A stretch of DNA of 32,959 nt from an uncultured Thiotrichaceae bacterium (GTDB lineage Bacteria > Pseudomonadota > Gammaproteobacteria > SZUA-229). Positions 17,255 to 26,293 of the stretch are shown here, piece after piece. Each line of letters starts with the position of its first letter. Position 1 is the stretch's first letter. Below the pieces are notes generated by a model. The model was not told the DNA's origin, ran no database searches, and saw nothing but the letters and a program-made list of their open reading frames with translations. The DNA lies in the NCBI GenBank assembly GCA_964646145.1, contig CAZYCY010000001.1:1-32959 (forward strand). Reading direction: 5' to 3'. A program made the translations under genes and the position numbers.

Positions 17255-17290
17255 TATTTTTAAAAATCAACAGCTTACGCTGTTTTACCG

Positions 17291-17583
17291 GTAGCTTCTC
17301 AATAAGCAGGGGCTGCCCCAATGCCAGTAAGTTAAGAAGAATATAGCTCTTTTACTGTTATCTCGAACGAATGTGAGAGATCTTAATCCCCATACAATAA
17401 GATTTCTCCCTATGGTCGAGTAGTGGTACAGGGATGTACCGTTAATGAACCAGTAGTGGCACATGGATGTGGCGATTACGAACCAAAGGATGGAGAGGAT
17501 GGAGAGGATGGAGAGGATGGAGAGGATGGAAATGACAATACAGATTAGGCATTGGTGACAGCCCCGACTTATTGAGAAGCTAT
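17291..17583. mobile_element. Long (293-bp) member of the hairpin-MITE family
   Basis: ~35-nt imperfect terminal inverted repeats gtagcttctcaataagcaggggctgccccaatgcc / ggcattggtgacagccccgacttattgagaagctat. The interior has small hairpins (ggtacagggatgtacc, gtggcacatggatgtggc) and a 9-bp tandem repeat. Flanks (ttttaccg / atttcacc) are only a degenerate duplication. Confidence 0.6.
17487..17531. repeat. 9-bp tandem repeat AGGATGGAG x4 plus one variant (AGGATGGAA)
   Basis: Direct reading. It explains the artefactual SILSILSIL stretch in the minus-strand ORF 17285..17641. Confidence 0.9.
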
Positions 17584-17692
17584 ATTTCACCATGCTGCAC
17601 AATAAGTAAGTGTAGAATTGACTAAAAAATAGTTGCTGCACAATATAGATCCATACACCATCACACCAGTAAATCTTGTAGACTTAAACCCC

Positions 17693-20287
17693 ATGAGTAC
17701 AGCCACAGCAAACAGCAAAACCAAAGCTGAAACAGCGCACACTCCTATGATGCAGCAATACCTGCGCATCAAGGCAGAACACCCCAATACCTTGTTATTT
17801 TATCGCATGGGTGATTTTTACGAGTTGTTTTTTGATGATGCAAAAAAGGCCTCAAAAATACTCGATATTACTCTCACCGCACGTGGCAAGGCTAACGGCA
17901 GCCCTATTCCGATGGCTGGCATTCCCTACCATGCCGCCGATAATTATTTAGCTCGGCTGATTAAACGTGGTGAATCGGTAGCTATATGTGAACAAACCAG
18001 CAAACCCGGTGAAGGTAAAGGCCCGGTCAGTCGTGAAGTTAAACGCATTGTCACGCCAGGTACGGTCACGGAAGAAGCCTTACTTGATGAGCGTAAAGAC
18101 AATTTACTGGCATGCATTCATCAACATAATGACTGTTATGGTCTGGCAACCTTAAACATCACTTCCGGGCGTTTTAATGTTTGTCAGATAAAACACAAGG
18201 CGCAACTTTATGCTGAGCTTGAACGACTACAGGCGGTTGAAATTTTATTAGCAGAAAACGACCCCCTGTATGAGGAATTAAATAGCACCTTAAACAACAG
18301 TATATGTTTGCGCCAGCAACCGCCATGGTGGTTTGACTTTGACAGTGCAAACCGTTTGCTTAACGCGCAATTTGGCACTAATGATTTATCCGGTTTTGGC
18401 TGTGAAAATTTGAATACTGCAGTAATGGCTGCCGGTTGCCTGTTGCAATATACCCAGCACACACAACGCGCTGCGCTACCGCATATTTCTGGCTTGCATG
18501 TTGAAAACAGCGATGACGTTATTGTGCTGGATGCAGCCAGTCGACGAAATCTTGAAATCGAAATCAACCTCTCAGGTGGCACTGAAAACACCCTGGCATC
18601 GGTTATTGATCGCACCACCACCAGTATGGGTAGTCGCTGCTTGCGCCGCTGGCTGCATTCACCCTTGCGTAACCGTGAATTACTCAGCCAACGCCATCAG
18701 GCGATTGCTGAATTGCTCAATACCCAGCTCACCATGGATATTCAATTTTGCCTGAAGTCGATTGGTGATATCGAGCGCATTATGAGCCGCCTGGCTTTGC
18801 TTTCTGCCAGACCACGTGATCTGGAAACACTAAAAAATTCTCTGGCAGTATTACCAGAACTGCAAAAACTTTTACAGCCAAATCAAACATCGTTTATTCA
18901 ACAACTGGCATCAAACATAAACACCCACCCGCAGATTGTTAAACTACTCAGCGCAGCCATTTGTGAAAACCCGCCAGTGTTAATACGTGACGGTGGTTTT
19001 ATCGCTACAGCTTATAACCGGGAGTTAGATGAACTGCGCGCGTTAAGCAAAAACGCCAATGCTTTCCTCGAACAACTAGAGCTTCGCGAACGTGAACTAA
19101 CCGGCATTAAAACCCTTAAAGTTAATTACAACCGGGTACACGGTTTTTATATTGAAATCAGCCGCCTGCAATCGGACAATGTGCCAGCACATTACACCCG
19201 CAAGCAAACCCTGAAAACTACAGAACGTTTCATTACTGATGAATTAAAACAATATGAAGACAAAGTACTAAGCGCCAAAGAACGCGCACTGGCATTAGAA
19301 AAATCCATTTATGAGGATTTATTGCAACAACTGCAAACTTTTTTACAGCCGCTAAAAACCTGTGCCGCTGCCATCGCTGAACTTGACAGTATTTGTTGTT
19401 TAAGCGAACGTGCGCAAACCCTGGATTATTGCTGCCCTGCACTAACAGATAAACCGGGCATTGACATCAAACAAGGTCGTCACCCGGTTGTCGAGCGGGT
19501 TGTTGATGAGCACTTTGTCGCCAATGACATTTTATTAAACGACAACGAGCGTATGAGCATTATTACCGGTCCTAACATGGGCGGTAAATCTACTTATATG
19601 CGGCAAGCCGCACTGATTGTTCTGCTCACTCATATCGGCAGTTATGTACCGGCACAGAGCGCAACCATCGGTCCTATTGATCGCATCTATACCCGCATTG
19701 GTGCACAGGACGATTTAGCCAGCGGTCGCTCAACCTTTATGGTCGAAATGACAGAAGCGGCAAATATTCTCAACAATGCTACAGAAAACTCGCTGGTATT
19801 GATGGACGAAATTGGTCGCGGCACCAGCACTTTTGATGGCTTATCCCTGGCATGGGCCTGCGCTTGTCATTTAAGCACGGTGAATAAATCTTATACCTTG
19901 TTTGCCACCCACTATTTTGAAATCACCGCCCTGCCGGATGAAATAAGTGGCATCAATAACATCCACATTAACGCGGTTGAACACGGTGAAAAAATTGTAT
20001 TTTTACATAGTGTTAAACCCGGCCCTGCCAGCCAGAGTTACGGCTTGCAGGTTGCACAATTAGCAGGTGTTCCGCCGGACGTGATTAAACTGGCAAAAGC
20101 TAAACTGATTGAACTGGAAAAACAGAGTATCATCAGCACCAACCACCAGCAACCCGGTCAGTTTGACATGTTTGACTACAGCCCTCACCCGATAGTGGAA
20201 AAATTGCAGGGTTTGAATGTTGATGATTTAAGTCCAAAGGCGGCACTTGATTTTCTTTATAAAATAAAAAGTGATGTTAGTCCTTAA
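17693..20287 (+). CDS. mutS: DNA mismatch repair protein MutS
   Basis: [35 protein letters not shown] (mismatch-binding GxFYE). Walker [15 protein letters not shown] place the start at ATG 17693 (MSTATANSK) rather than the track's 17633. Confidence 0.95.
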   Translation: MSTATANSKTKAETAHTPMMQQYLRIKAEHPNTLLFYRMGDFYELFFDDAKKASKILDITLTARGKANGSPIPMAGIPYHAADNYLARLIKRGESVAICEQTSKPGEGKGPVSREVKRIVTPGTVTEEALLDERKDNLLACIHQHNDCYGLATLNITSGRFNVCQIKHKAQLYAELERLQAVEILLAENDPLYEELNSTLNNSICLRQQPPWWFDFDSANRLLNAQFGTNDLSGFGCENLNTAVMAAGCLLQYTQHTQRAALPHISGLHVENSDDVIVLDAASRRNLEIEINLSGGTENTLASVIDRTTTSMGSRCLRRWLHSPLRNRELLSQRHQAIAELLNTQLTMDIQFCLKSIGDIERIMSRLALLSARPRDLETLKNSLAVLPELQKLLQPNQTSFIQQLASNINTHPQIVKLLSAAICENPPVLIRDGGFIATAYNRELDELRALSKNANAFLEQLELRERELTGIKTLKVNYNRVHGFYIEISRLQSDNVPAHYTRKQTLKTTERFITDELKQYEDKVLSAKERALALEKSIYEDLLQQLQTFLQPLKTCAAAIAELDSICCLSERAQTLDYCCPALTDKPGIDIKQGRHPVVERVVDEHFVANDILLNDNERMSIITGPNMGGKSTYMRQAALIVLLTHIGSYVPAQSATIGPIDRIYTRIGAQDDLASGRSTFMVEMTEAANILNNATENSLVLMDEIGRGTSTFDGLSLAWACACHLSTVNKSYTLFATHYFEITALPDEISGINNIHINAVEHGEKIVFLHSVKPGPASQSYGLQVAQLAGVPPDVIKLAKAKLIELEKQSIISTNHQQPGQFDMFDYSPHPIVEKLQGLNVDDLSPKAALDFLYKIKSDVSP

Positions 20288-20298
20288 AGGAAGGCAAA

Positions 20299-21171
20299 AT
20301 GAAATTTAATACGATTGGTATCATCACCAAACCACAGACTGAACTCATCAGTCAGACTTTGCAATCCGTTTTTACTTTTCTGAAACAGAAAAACTGCAAA
20401 GTCATGCTTGATGAACAAATCCCCGATGCGATAAACAACCATCACTTCGAAAAAGTCAGCCGCAAGATTATCGCAGATCAATGCGATCTTGCTATCGTTG
20501 TCGGTGGCGACGGCACCATGTTAAACGCAGTACGCTCACTGGCTCATGCCAATGTTCCTTTATTAGGTATCAATGTCGGTCGTTTAGGTTTTCTGGCAGA
20601 CATCTCGCCCGATGAGCTGGAAGCCTCACTGGAAGATATACTCAATGGCTGTTACCGCGAAGAACAACGCTTACTACTGGAAATGCAGGTATCAAGAAAA
20701 GGAGAAACCATTTTTCAAGGCGATGCTTTTAATGATGTCGTGGTTCATATACGTGATGTTGCCAGAATGATTGAGTTTGAAACGCGCATCAATAAAGAAT
20801 TCGTCAATTATCAACGCGCAGATGGCATTATCGTATCCACACCCACCGGCTCAACCGCTTATGCGTTGTCTGCAGGCGGTCCAATAATACATGCAACACT
20901 CGATGCCATTGCGCTTGTGCCCATTGCCCCACACACCTTAAGCAATCGCCCTATCGTGGTACATGCTGATTCACAAATAGAAATATTAATTTGCAATACC
21001 AAAGAAGGCGTCGCACAGGCAACCTGCGATGGTCACTTATCGACCGACGTACACGTGGGTGATTGCATTAAAGTAAAACGCAAAACAGATAAAATAACCC
21101 TGCTTCACCCCAGGCAACATAACTACTTTGAAATTTTACGTGCTAAATTACATTGGGGTGGGCATAGTTAA
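20299..21171 (+). CDS. nadK: NAD kinase
   Basis: 290 aa. GGDGTML motif. SD AAGGAAGG upstream. The nadK-recN adjacency is as in E. coli. Confidence 0.9.
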   Translation: MKFNTIGIITKPQTELISQTLQSVFTFLKQKNCKVMLDEQIPDAINNHHFEKVSRKIIADQCDLAIVVGGDGTMLNAVRSLAHANVPLLGINVGRLGFLADISPDELEASLEDILNGCYREEQRLLLEMQVSRKGETIFQGDAFNDVVVHIRDVARMIEFETRINKEFVNYQRADGIIVSTPTGSTAYALSAGGPIIHATLDAIALVPIAPHTLSNRPIVVHADSQIEILICNTKEGVAQATCDGHLSTDVHVGDCIKVKRKTDKITLLHPRQHNYFEILRAKLHWGGHS

Positions 21172-21281
21172 TGTGTCGTTTCAAACTGTAAAAGATCTAT
21201 AACAGCATTTTTAAAGCCGTCACAGATTTTTTTTATAATTCAATTTCAAACCTGTAACTTGCAACATAAAACTTTTAAAAA

Positions 21282-22970
21282 ATGTTAAACCATTTATACA
21301 TCAAAAACTTTGCCATCATTGACGAGCTTGAACTGAATTTTAATGCTGGCATGACTGCACTCACTGGCGAAACCGGTGCAGGTAAATCAATTTTACTCGG
21401 TGCACTGAATCTGGTGTTGGGCGACCGTGCCGACAACGACAGCATTAAGCAAGGTTGTGAGTTCGCCGAAATTGTCGCCGAATTTGAGATTCAGAATCTC
21501 GATGATGTTTCCACATGGTTAGTGGCACAGGAATTAAATGCAGATGCAGAATGCATCTTGCGTCGCCGCATTGCAAAAGACGGCCGTTCCCGTGCCTATA
21601 TTAACAGCACACCGGTTAATTTACAGATGATCCGTGAACTGGCGGAAATGTTAATTGATATTCACGGTCAGCATGAACATCAGTCAATAATGAAAAGCTC
21701 AGTGCAAAGACAATTGCTGGATGACAGTGCTAAACATTCATCTTTACTGGAAGCAGTAAGCAAACTGTACGTTGAATTAAAACAGGTCGAGGAGCAATTG
21801 CAGCACCTGCAACAAAGTAATAATGAACAAAATGACCGTCTTGATTTGTTGCGTTTTCAAACTCAGGAACTTGAAACACTGGCGATTGAAGAAAATGAAT
21901 ACCTGTTACTTAACAAACAACACCGACGCATGGCCAATGCAGAAAAACTGCAAAGCACAGCCGCGCATGCGATACACATATTAAGTGAAGATGAAAACAG
22001 CAATGTGCAATCAGCGCTGTCACACATTATCGCTTCCCTTTCAGACATTAATGATATTGATGCAAACCTGTCGCCGGTTTCGGAAATGCTAACAGAGGCA
22101 CTGGTGCAAATAGATGAAAGTGTTTCATTGTTGCACGCTTATGGTGACAACATTGAGCTTGATCCTGCGCAGATGATGAGAATAGAACAGCGCATACAGA
22201 GCATTATTGATCTTGCCCAAAAACATCGTATCGAACCCGAAGCGTTGCAGGCATTACATAAAAAACTTCAAAAAGAACTGACTGATATCGATCATACCGA
22301 TGAACGTATCGGTGAATTAACCATTGAACAAAAACAACTGGAAGAAAAATATTTAAACGCCTGCGAAAAACTTTCCAGCAGTCGCAAAGTCGCCGCGAAC
22401 AAACTCAATAAAGCGATTACCCGGTCAATGCAAACCCTGGGCATGTCCGGTGGCAGATTTGACGTCACCATTACCCGTGCAAACGCAAAACGCTCGGCTT
22501 ATGGTCTGGATCAAATAGAATTTACCGTTACCGCAAATGCAGGTCAGATATGCAAACCCATTGCACGTGTCGCCTCAGGTGGCGAGCTGGCGCGCATTAG
22601 TCTGGCGATTCAAATGATTATTTCCAGCAGCAGTAAAATTCCCTCACTTATTTTTGATGAAGTTGATAGCGGTGTGGGTGGTGCTATTGCAGAAATTGTT
22701 GGTCAGCACTTACGTGCTTTAGCTCAACTTAAAAAAGGTTCGGCTAACCAGGTCATTTGCATTACCCATCTGCCTCAGGTTGCATCACAGGCGCACCATC
22801 ACTTGCGTGTAGAAAAACAAACCGTCAACAAACAAACAACCAGTCAGGTTGTTGCCCTTGATGAAAAACAACGTCGCCAGGAAATTGCCCGCATGTTAAG
22901 CGGGCTTGAAGTGACCGAACAATCACTGGCACATGCAAATGAAATGATAGAAAGGGCACAGAGCATTTAA
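21282..22970 (+). CDS. recN: DNA repair protein RecN
   Basis: 562 aa. N-terminal LTGETGAGKSIL Walker A, long coiled-coil middle, C-terminal SGGELARISLA signature and FDEVDSG Walker B. Confidence 0.95.
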   Translation: MLNHLYIKNFAIIDELELNFNAGMTALTGETGAGKSILLGALNLVLGDRADNDSIKQGCEFAEIVAEFEIQNLDDVSTWLVAQELNADAECILRRRIAKDGRSRAYINSTPVNLQMIRELAEMLIDIHGQHEHQSIMKSSVQRQLLDDSAKHSSLLEAVSKLYVELKQVEEQLQHLQQSNNEQNDRLDLLRFQTQELETLAIEENEYLLLNKQHRRMANAEKLQSTAAHAIHILSEDENSNVQSALSHIIASLSDINDIDANLSPVSEMLTEALVQIDESVSLLHAYGDNIELDPAQMMRIEQRIQSIIDLAQKHRIEPEALQALHKKLQKELTDIDHTDERIGELTIEQKQLEEKYLNACEKLSSSRKVAANKLNKAITRSMQTLGMSGGRFDVTITRANAKRSAYGLDQIEFTVTANAGQICKPIARVASGGELARISLAIQMIISSSSKIPSLIFDEVDSGVGGAIAEIVGQHLRALAQLKKGSANQVICITHLPQVASQAHHHLRVEKQTVNKQTTSQVVALDEKQRRQEIARMLSGLEVTEQSLAHANEMIERAQSI

Positions 22971-23095
22971 GAGCTGCCACCCATTGCTTCCACCTTGCCA
23001 GTATATCTATCTGTTTTATATGGAAATAACAAAATGAAATAAAAGTATAATAATGCTAAAATCAATACTCAATAACACCATGCAGGAGAACACTC

Positions 23096-23470
23096 ATGTC
23101 TCAAGTCCAGTTTAACACCCAGTTAACCGACCAAATTGAAGTCTCAGACGAAGCAGTCAAACAACTCATTGCCCTTACCGATAGTGAAGACGGCGTTAAT
23201 GGTATACGAATTTTTGTTTCAGGCGGTGGCTGTAGCGGCATGTCTTATGGTATGACCTTTGTTGACCAGACTACTCCCTTTGATACCATACTGGAAAAAA
23301 ACGGTCTTAAAGTACATGTTGACGCTGTTGCTTTAGGGTTTCTTGAAGGCGTAGAAATTGATTACCAGACAGAAGGTGCTAATGCCAGTTTTGTATTCAA
23401 AAATGTCTTTGCTAATTCCAGCAGCGGTGGCTCATGCGGTGGCTGTGGTTCTTCTGGCGGCGGTGGATAA
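23096..23470 (+). CDS. IscA/HesB-family iron-sulfur cluster insertion protein with a Gly/Ser-rich tail
   Basis: 124 aa. GGGCSGMSYG block and C-terminal CGGCG cysteines. SD AGGAG upstream. Confidence 0.8.
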   Translation: MSQVQFNTQLTDQIEVSDEAVKQLIALTDSEDGVNGIRIFVSGGGCSGMSYGMTFVDQTTPFDTILEKNGLKVHVDAVALGFLEGVEIDYQTEGANASFVFKNVFANSSSGGSCGGCGSSGGGG

Positions 23471-23493
23471 CGCCTAAAAACCGGGAAGCCAAG

Positions 23494-23847
23494 ATGAATG
23501 ACCAGCTCACGATAAAGGACAGGAGCAAAAAACAGTTGAAAATAATTACAACCATAGTCTACGCGCTCCAGGCTGCATCATTCCTGCTTGGCTTTACCTT
23601 TTTAATTGCCGTTATTATTAATTATGTAAAAAAAGAGGATGTGTCTGGCACCTGGCTAGAGTCACACTTTCGTTGGCAGATCAGAACATTTTGGTTTAGT
23701 ATACTGTGGTCAATCACTGGTATTGTCACCATCTTTATCTTTATAGGTTACCCTATCCTTTTCGCTAACGCTGTCTGGCTTATCTACAGAATTGCTAAAG
23801 GCTGGTTGCGTCTGGCTGAAAGCAAACCCATGTACACAATTGACTAA
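23494..23847 (+). CDS. Small integral membrane protein (three hydrophobic segments)
   Basis: MNDQLTIKDRSKKQ... followed by hydrophobic helices and a conserved-looking HFRWQIRTFW block. I place the start at ATG 23494 instead of the overlapping 23434. Confidence 0.6.
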   Translation: MNDQLTIKDRSKKQLKIITTIVYALQAASFLLGFTFLIAVIINYVKKEDVSGTWLESHFRWQIRTFWFSILWSITGIVTIFIFIGYPILFANAVWLIYRIAKGWLRLAESKPMYTID

Positions 23848-23946
23848 CAAGGCAACACAGCCATGCCAGCTCATTATACGATTTTGTTTTCTCACTGATT
23901 GCAGGCAGACTGCTGAAGTAACATTTTTACTAAAGGGCACCTCTAC

Positions 23947-24159
23947 AGGGCACCTCTATTAATTCCATCCTTAGGTGCGTAAACGACACATCCGTGTGTC
24001 ACTTTTCGTGAAGATGAATCTTGAGTCCAAACTATGCCATATTTTCGTTGCAAATCTTCGCCATAGCCCACTCACGTGCCCATATTGATAATATCGGGCG
24101 CCTTAAGCTGACCTATTTTGAATCTCAATCTTCACCTCCAGAATAAATAGAGATGCCCT
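23947..24159 (+). mobile_element. Element X copy C: best-preserved copy, with ~20-nt terminal inverted repeats
   Basis: The 5' end agggcacctctattaattcc matches the reverse complement of the 3' end agggcatctctatttattct at 17/20 positions. The left terminal 12 nt are tandemly duplicated at 23934..23946. Confidence 0.65.
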
Positions 24160-24285
24160 AAGGAGAAGCAATAAGCCCGCCATATTAAGAATTCTTTATT
24201 TCTATCTTTGAGCTAAAAGAAACAGGTGATTTAATTTTCTCATAGTTTTAAAATTCACTATTCACTATTCACTGCTATTAAAATT

Positions 24286-25002
24286 ATGTTTTCATTTATC
24301 AAAGGTTTTACAGATTGCTTCAGCGGTTTCGGTTTATTATTCAAACCTGGTATCAAACGTTTTGTATTCATTCCCTTTATCATTAATTTTGGACTGTTCC
24401 TGCTGGCAATAAAATTATTGACGGATCAACTGGACATCTGGCTAGAAAAACTATTACCTGGCTGGTTAAGCTGGCTGGAATGGTTAATTTGGCCTTTGTT
24501 TGCAATCGCCATGTTCTTGATCGTGTTCTATGTTTTTACCGTTATTGCAAACCTTATTGCAGCACCTTTTAACAGTTTACTGTCTGCAAAAATCGAAGCC
24601 GTGCTTACTGGAAAAAAACCAGAAGACGTAAACACGGATGATTTTATTAAACTAATGCGGCGAACAGTAAAATCAGAAGTTCGAAAAATCCTGTATGCCA
24701 TCAAATGGTTTATCCCTTTGCTTATCATCACAGTGATACCAGTGGTTAATATTATCGCACCCTTTCTCTGGATTTTATTTGCTGTCTGGTTCTTTGCATT
24801 ACAATACAACGACTACCCATTAGCCAATCGTGGACATTTTTTTGAAGAGGTAAAAATATATAGCCAGAAAAATCGAATGCGCTCCCTGGGGTTAGGTACT
24901 GCTGTTTTTTTATTAACCAGCATCCCCGGCGTTAATTTTTTTGCTATGCCTGTCGCCGTTGCTGGTGCAACAAAATCAACCTGTATAATAAATCAACCGT
25001 AA
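24286..25002 (+). CDS. cysZ: CysZ-family sulfate transporter / membrane protein
   Basis: 238 aa and multi-TM. The N-terminus FIKGFTDCFSGFGLLFKPGIKRFVFIP is typical of CysZ. Confidence 0.8.
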   Translation: MFSFIKGFTDCFSGFGLLFKPGIKRFVFIPFIINFGLFLLAIKLLTDQLDIWLEKLLPGWLSWLEWLIWPLFAIAMFLIVFYVFTVIANLIAAPFNSLLSAKIEAVLTGKKPEDVNTDDFIKLMRRTVKSEVRKILYAIKWFIPLLIITVIPVVNIIAPFLWILFAVWFFALQYNDYPLANRGHFFEEVKIYSQKNRMRSLGLGTAVFLLTSIPGVNFFAMPVAVAGATKSTCIINQP

Positions 25003-25030
25003 TTTCTCAATATGCTTTTGATGAATATAC

Positions 25031-25164
25031 GTAACTTCTCAATAAGTCGGGGCAGTCCATCGTTTTGAGACTGTCGGCAGCATGGATGCTACCGTCAAGC
25101 CTATAGGGACGTATTTACGGCGTGTCTCAAAATGATGGACTGCCCCGACTTATTGAGAAGTTAC
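25031..25164. mobile_element. Hairpin-MITE copy (134 bp) with a perfect 8-bp target-site duplication
   Basis: Arms are gtaacttctcaataagtcggggcagtccatcgttttgagac / gtctcaaaatgatggactgccccgacttattgagaagttac. The asymmetric core is tgtcggcagcatggatgctaccgtcaagcctatagggacgtatttacggcgt. It is flanked by GAATATAC at 25023..25030 and 25165..25172. Confidence 0.8.
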
Positions 25165-25203
25165 GAATATACTAAATGAGAAGGCTGATTACCCGAGATA
25201 ACA

Positions 25204-25407
25204 ATGGAAAATAGAATCACCGAACTGGAAATACGTTTAACACACCTTGACGATACTATTGACGTACTAAACCAGAGCATTATTAAACAGCATAATGAAA
25301 TAGATACCCTGAAATTACAGGTATCTATTTTAGAAAAAAAAATTAAAGCATCACAATCATCACCAGTTGCACATGAAAGCGAGGAAAAACCTCCACCACA
25401 CTACTGA
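25204..25407 (+). CDS. slyX: SlyX-family protein
   Basis: 67 aa, coiled coil. RITELEIRLTHLDDTIDVLNQSI is typical of SlyX. Confidence 0.8.
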   Translation: MENRITELEIRLTHLDDTIDVLNQSIIKQHNEIDTLKLQVSILEKKIKASQSSPVAHESEEKPPPHY

Positions 25408-25496
25408 CGCTAATTCTGGCGGAAAATAGTTATGGGCATGTCTAAAAGCTATCTTTTTGACCGATTACAACATTGCTGCCGGGTTAATAATGAAAC

Positions 25497-25606
25497 GGAT
25501 GAAGAGAATACTGCTTATTCAAGACATGCTATCAACACTTCCGTGTAAGCTTGACTACAACATCCTTGCGGTAGACAGTTTTGGATAAGCAGCATCCTTT
25601 TCATCC
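25497..25606. mobile_element. Hairpin-MITE copy, short-arm subfamily, core in the opposite orientation
   Basis: Arms are ggatgaagagaatactgcttattcaagac / ...ttttggataagcagcatccttttcatcc. The core gtaagcttgactacaacatccttgcggtagaca is the reverse complement of the core at 32857..32905. Confidence 0.55.
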
Positions 25607-25839
25607 AATTTAGTAGTATAAGAGTTCAATCCTGGTGGTTCTACATGCATAACTTTACAACGTAATCTTTTGACACATGCTGACAGGCATAAATTCCATA
25701 AGCTTGATTTTGATTGACTATTTAGTGGGCGAACATCAGCCACACATAATTCACCGTTACTAAACAGCAATTCAAGTTTTTTAACTTCAATTTCTATTTG
25801 TACGACAGCTTGTTTGCACGACCTGTTATGTAATATCAT
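25555..25839 (-). CDS. Hypothetical protein (doubtful)
   Basis: 94-aa ORF only. There is no SD and no motif I recognise. Its 3' end runs into the MITE copy. Confidence 0.2.
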   Translation of the reverse strand: MILHNRSCKQAVVQIEIEVKKLELLFSNGELCVADVRPLNSQSKSSLWNLCLSACVKRLRCKVMHVEPPGLNSYTTKLDEKDAAYPKLSTARML

Positions 25840-26075
25840 AATTTAAAACGTTAGTGTTGAAATTAAATATGCGGCAGAAAAACATAGTTATAAATTCTTA
25901 AACTCGTATATTGCAAATTATTTTTAAATCTGGCTTAAATTAAAAAGTGGCAAATCCTTATGCCTGGAGTCTTCCTGAAATCGAAACTATTTTATTAGAT
26001 TAGTTTTGCAAAGAAAATACTTAAACGATGGTGTTCTTTTCTGAGTGAGAGAGTAATTTCATGACTACCTCCAGT

Positions 26076-26207
26076 TTAATATGGTATTTTCTTTTGTGTT
26101 TGCATGGGCACTAATTTTATATTTTTTTCTGATTTTTTATTTTTACAATTGTTACTACAACCTGAACAAGCACTATTTGTAGTGTTTTTATTGGTATTAC
26201 AACTCAT
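26076..26207 (-). CDS. Candidate 43-aa Cys-containing micro-ORF downstream of the DUF2325 gene
   Basis: My own translation gives MSCNTNKNTTNSACSGCSNNCKNKKSEKNIKLVPMQTQKKIPY, with a C-x10-C-x2-C-x3-C pattern. AAGGA lies about 11 nt upstream. It is on the same strand as the DUF2325 gene, 86 nt after its stop. Confidence 0.25.
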   Translation of the reverse strand: MSCNTNKNTTNSACSGCSNNCKNKKSEKNIKLVPMQTQKKIPY

Positions 26208-26293
26208 ACTCTTATGTTCCTTTATGTTTTATATTATTACGAAATCCTTGCACGATACATTCACGAATTAAAATGCATCGTGCAAAGGTCTCA

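Noticed and set aside
17487-17531. Possible CRISPR-like or coding repeat.
   Set aside because: The units are only 9 bp, directly adjacent and without spacers. There are no cas genes. It is a simple tandem repeat inside a MITE.
17285-17787. Minus-strand ORFs 17285..17641 (with SILSILSILSIL) and 17587..17787.
   Set aside because: The first is a translation of the MITE and its 9-bp tandem repeat. The second is antisense to the mutS 5' region. Neither has coding features.
21186-21205. CTGTaaaagatctataACAG upstream of recN as a LexA box.
   Set aside because: The spacer is 12 nt rather than the canonical 8. It does not fit the gammaproteobacterial SOS box.
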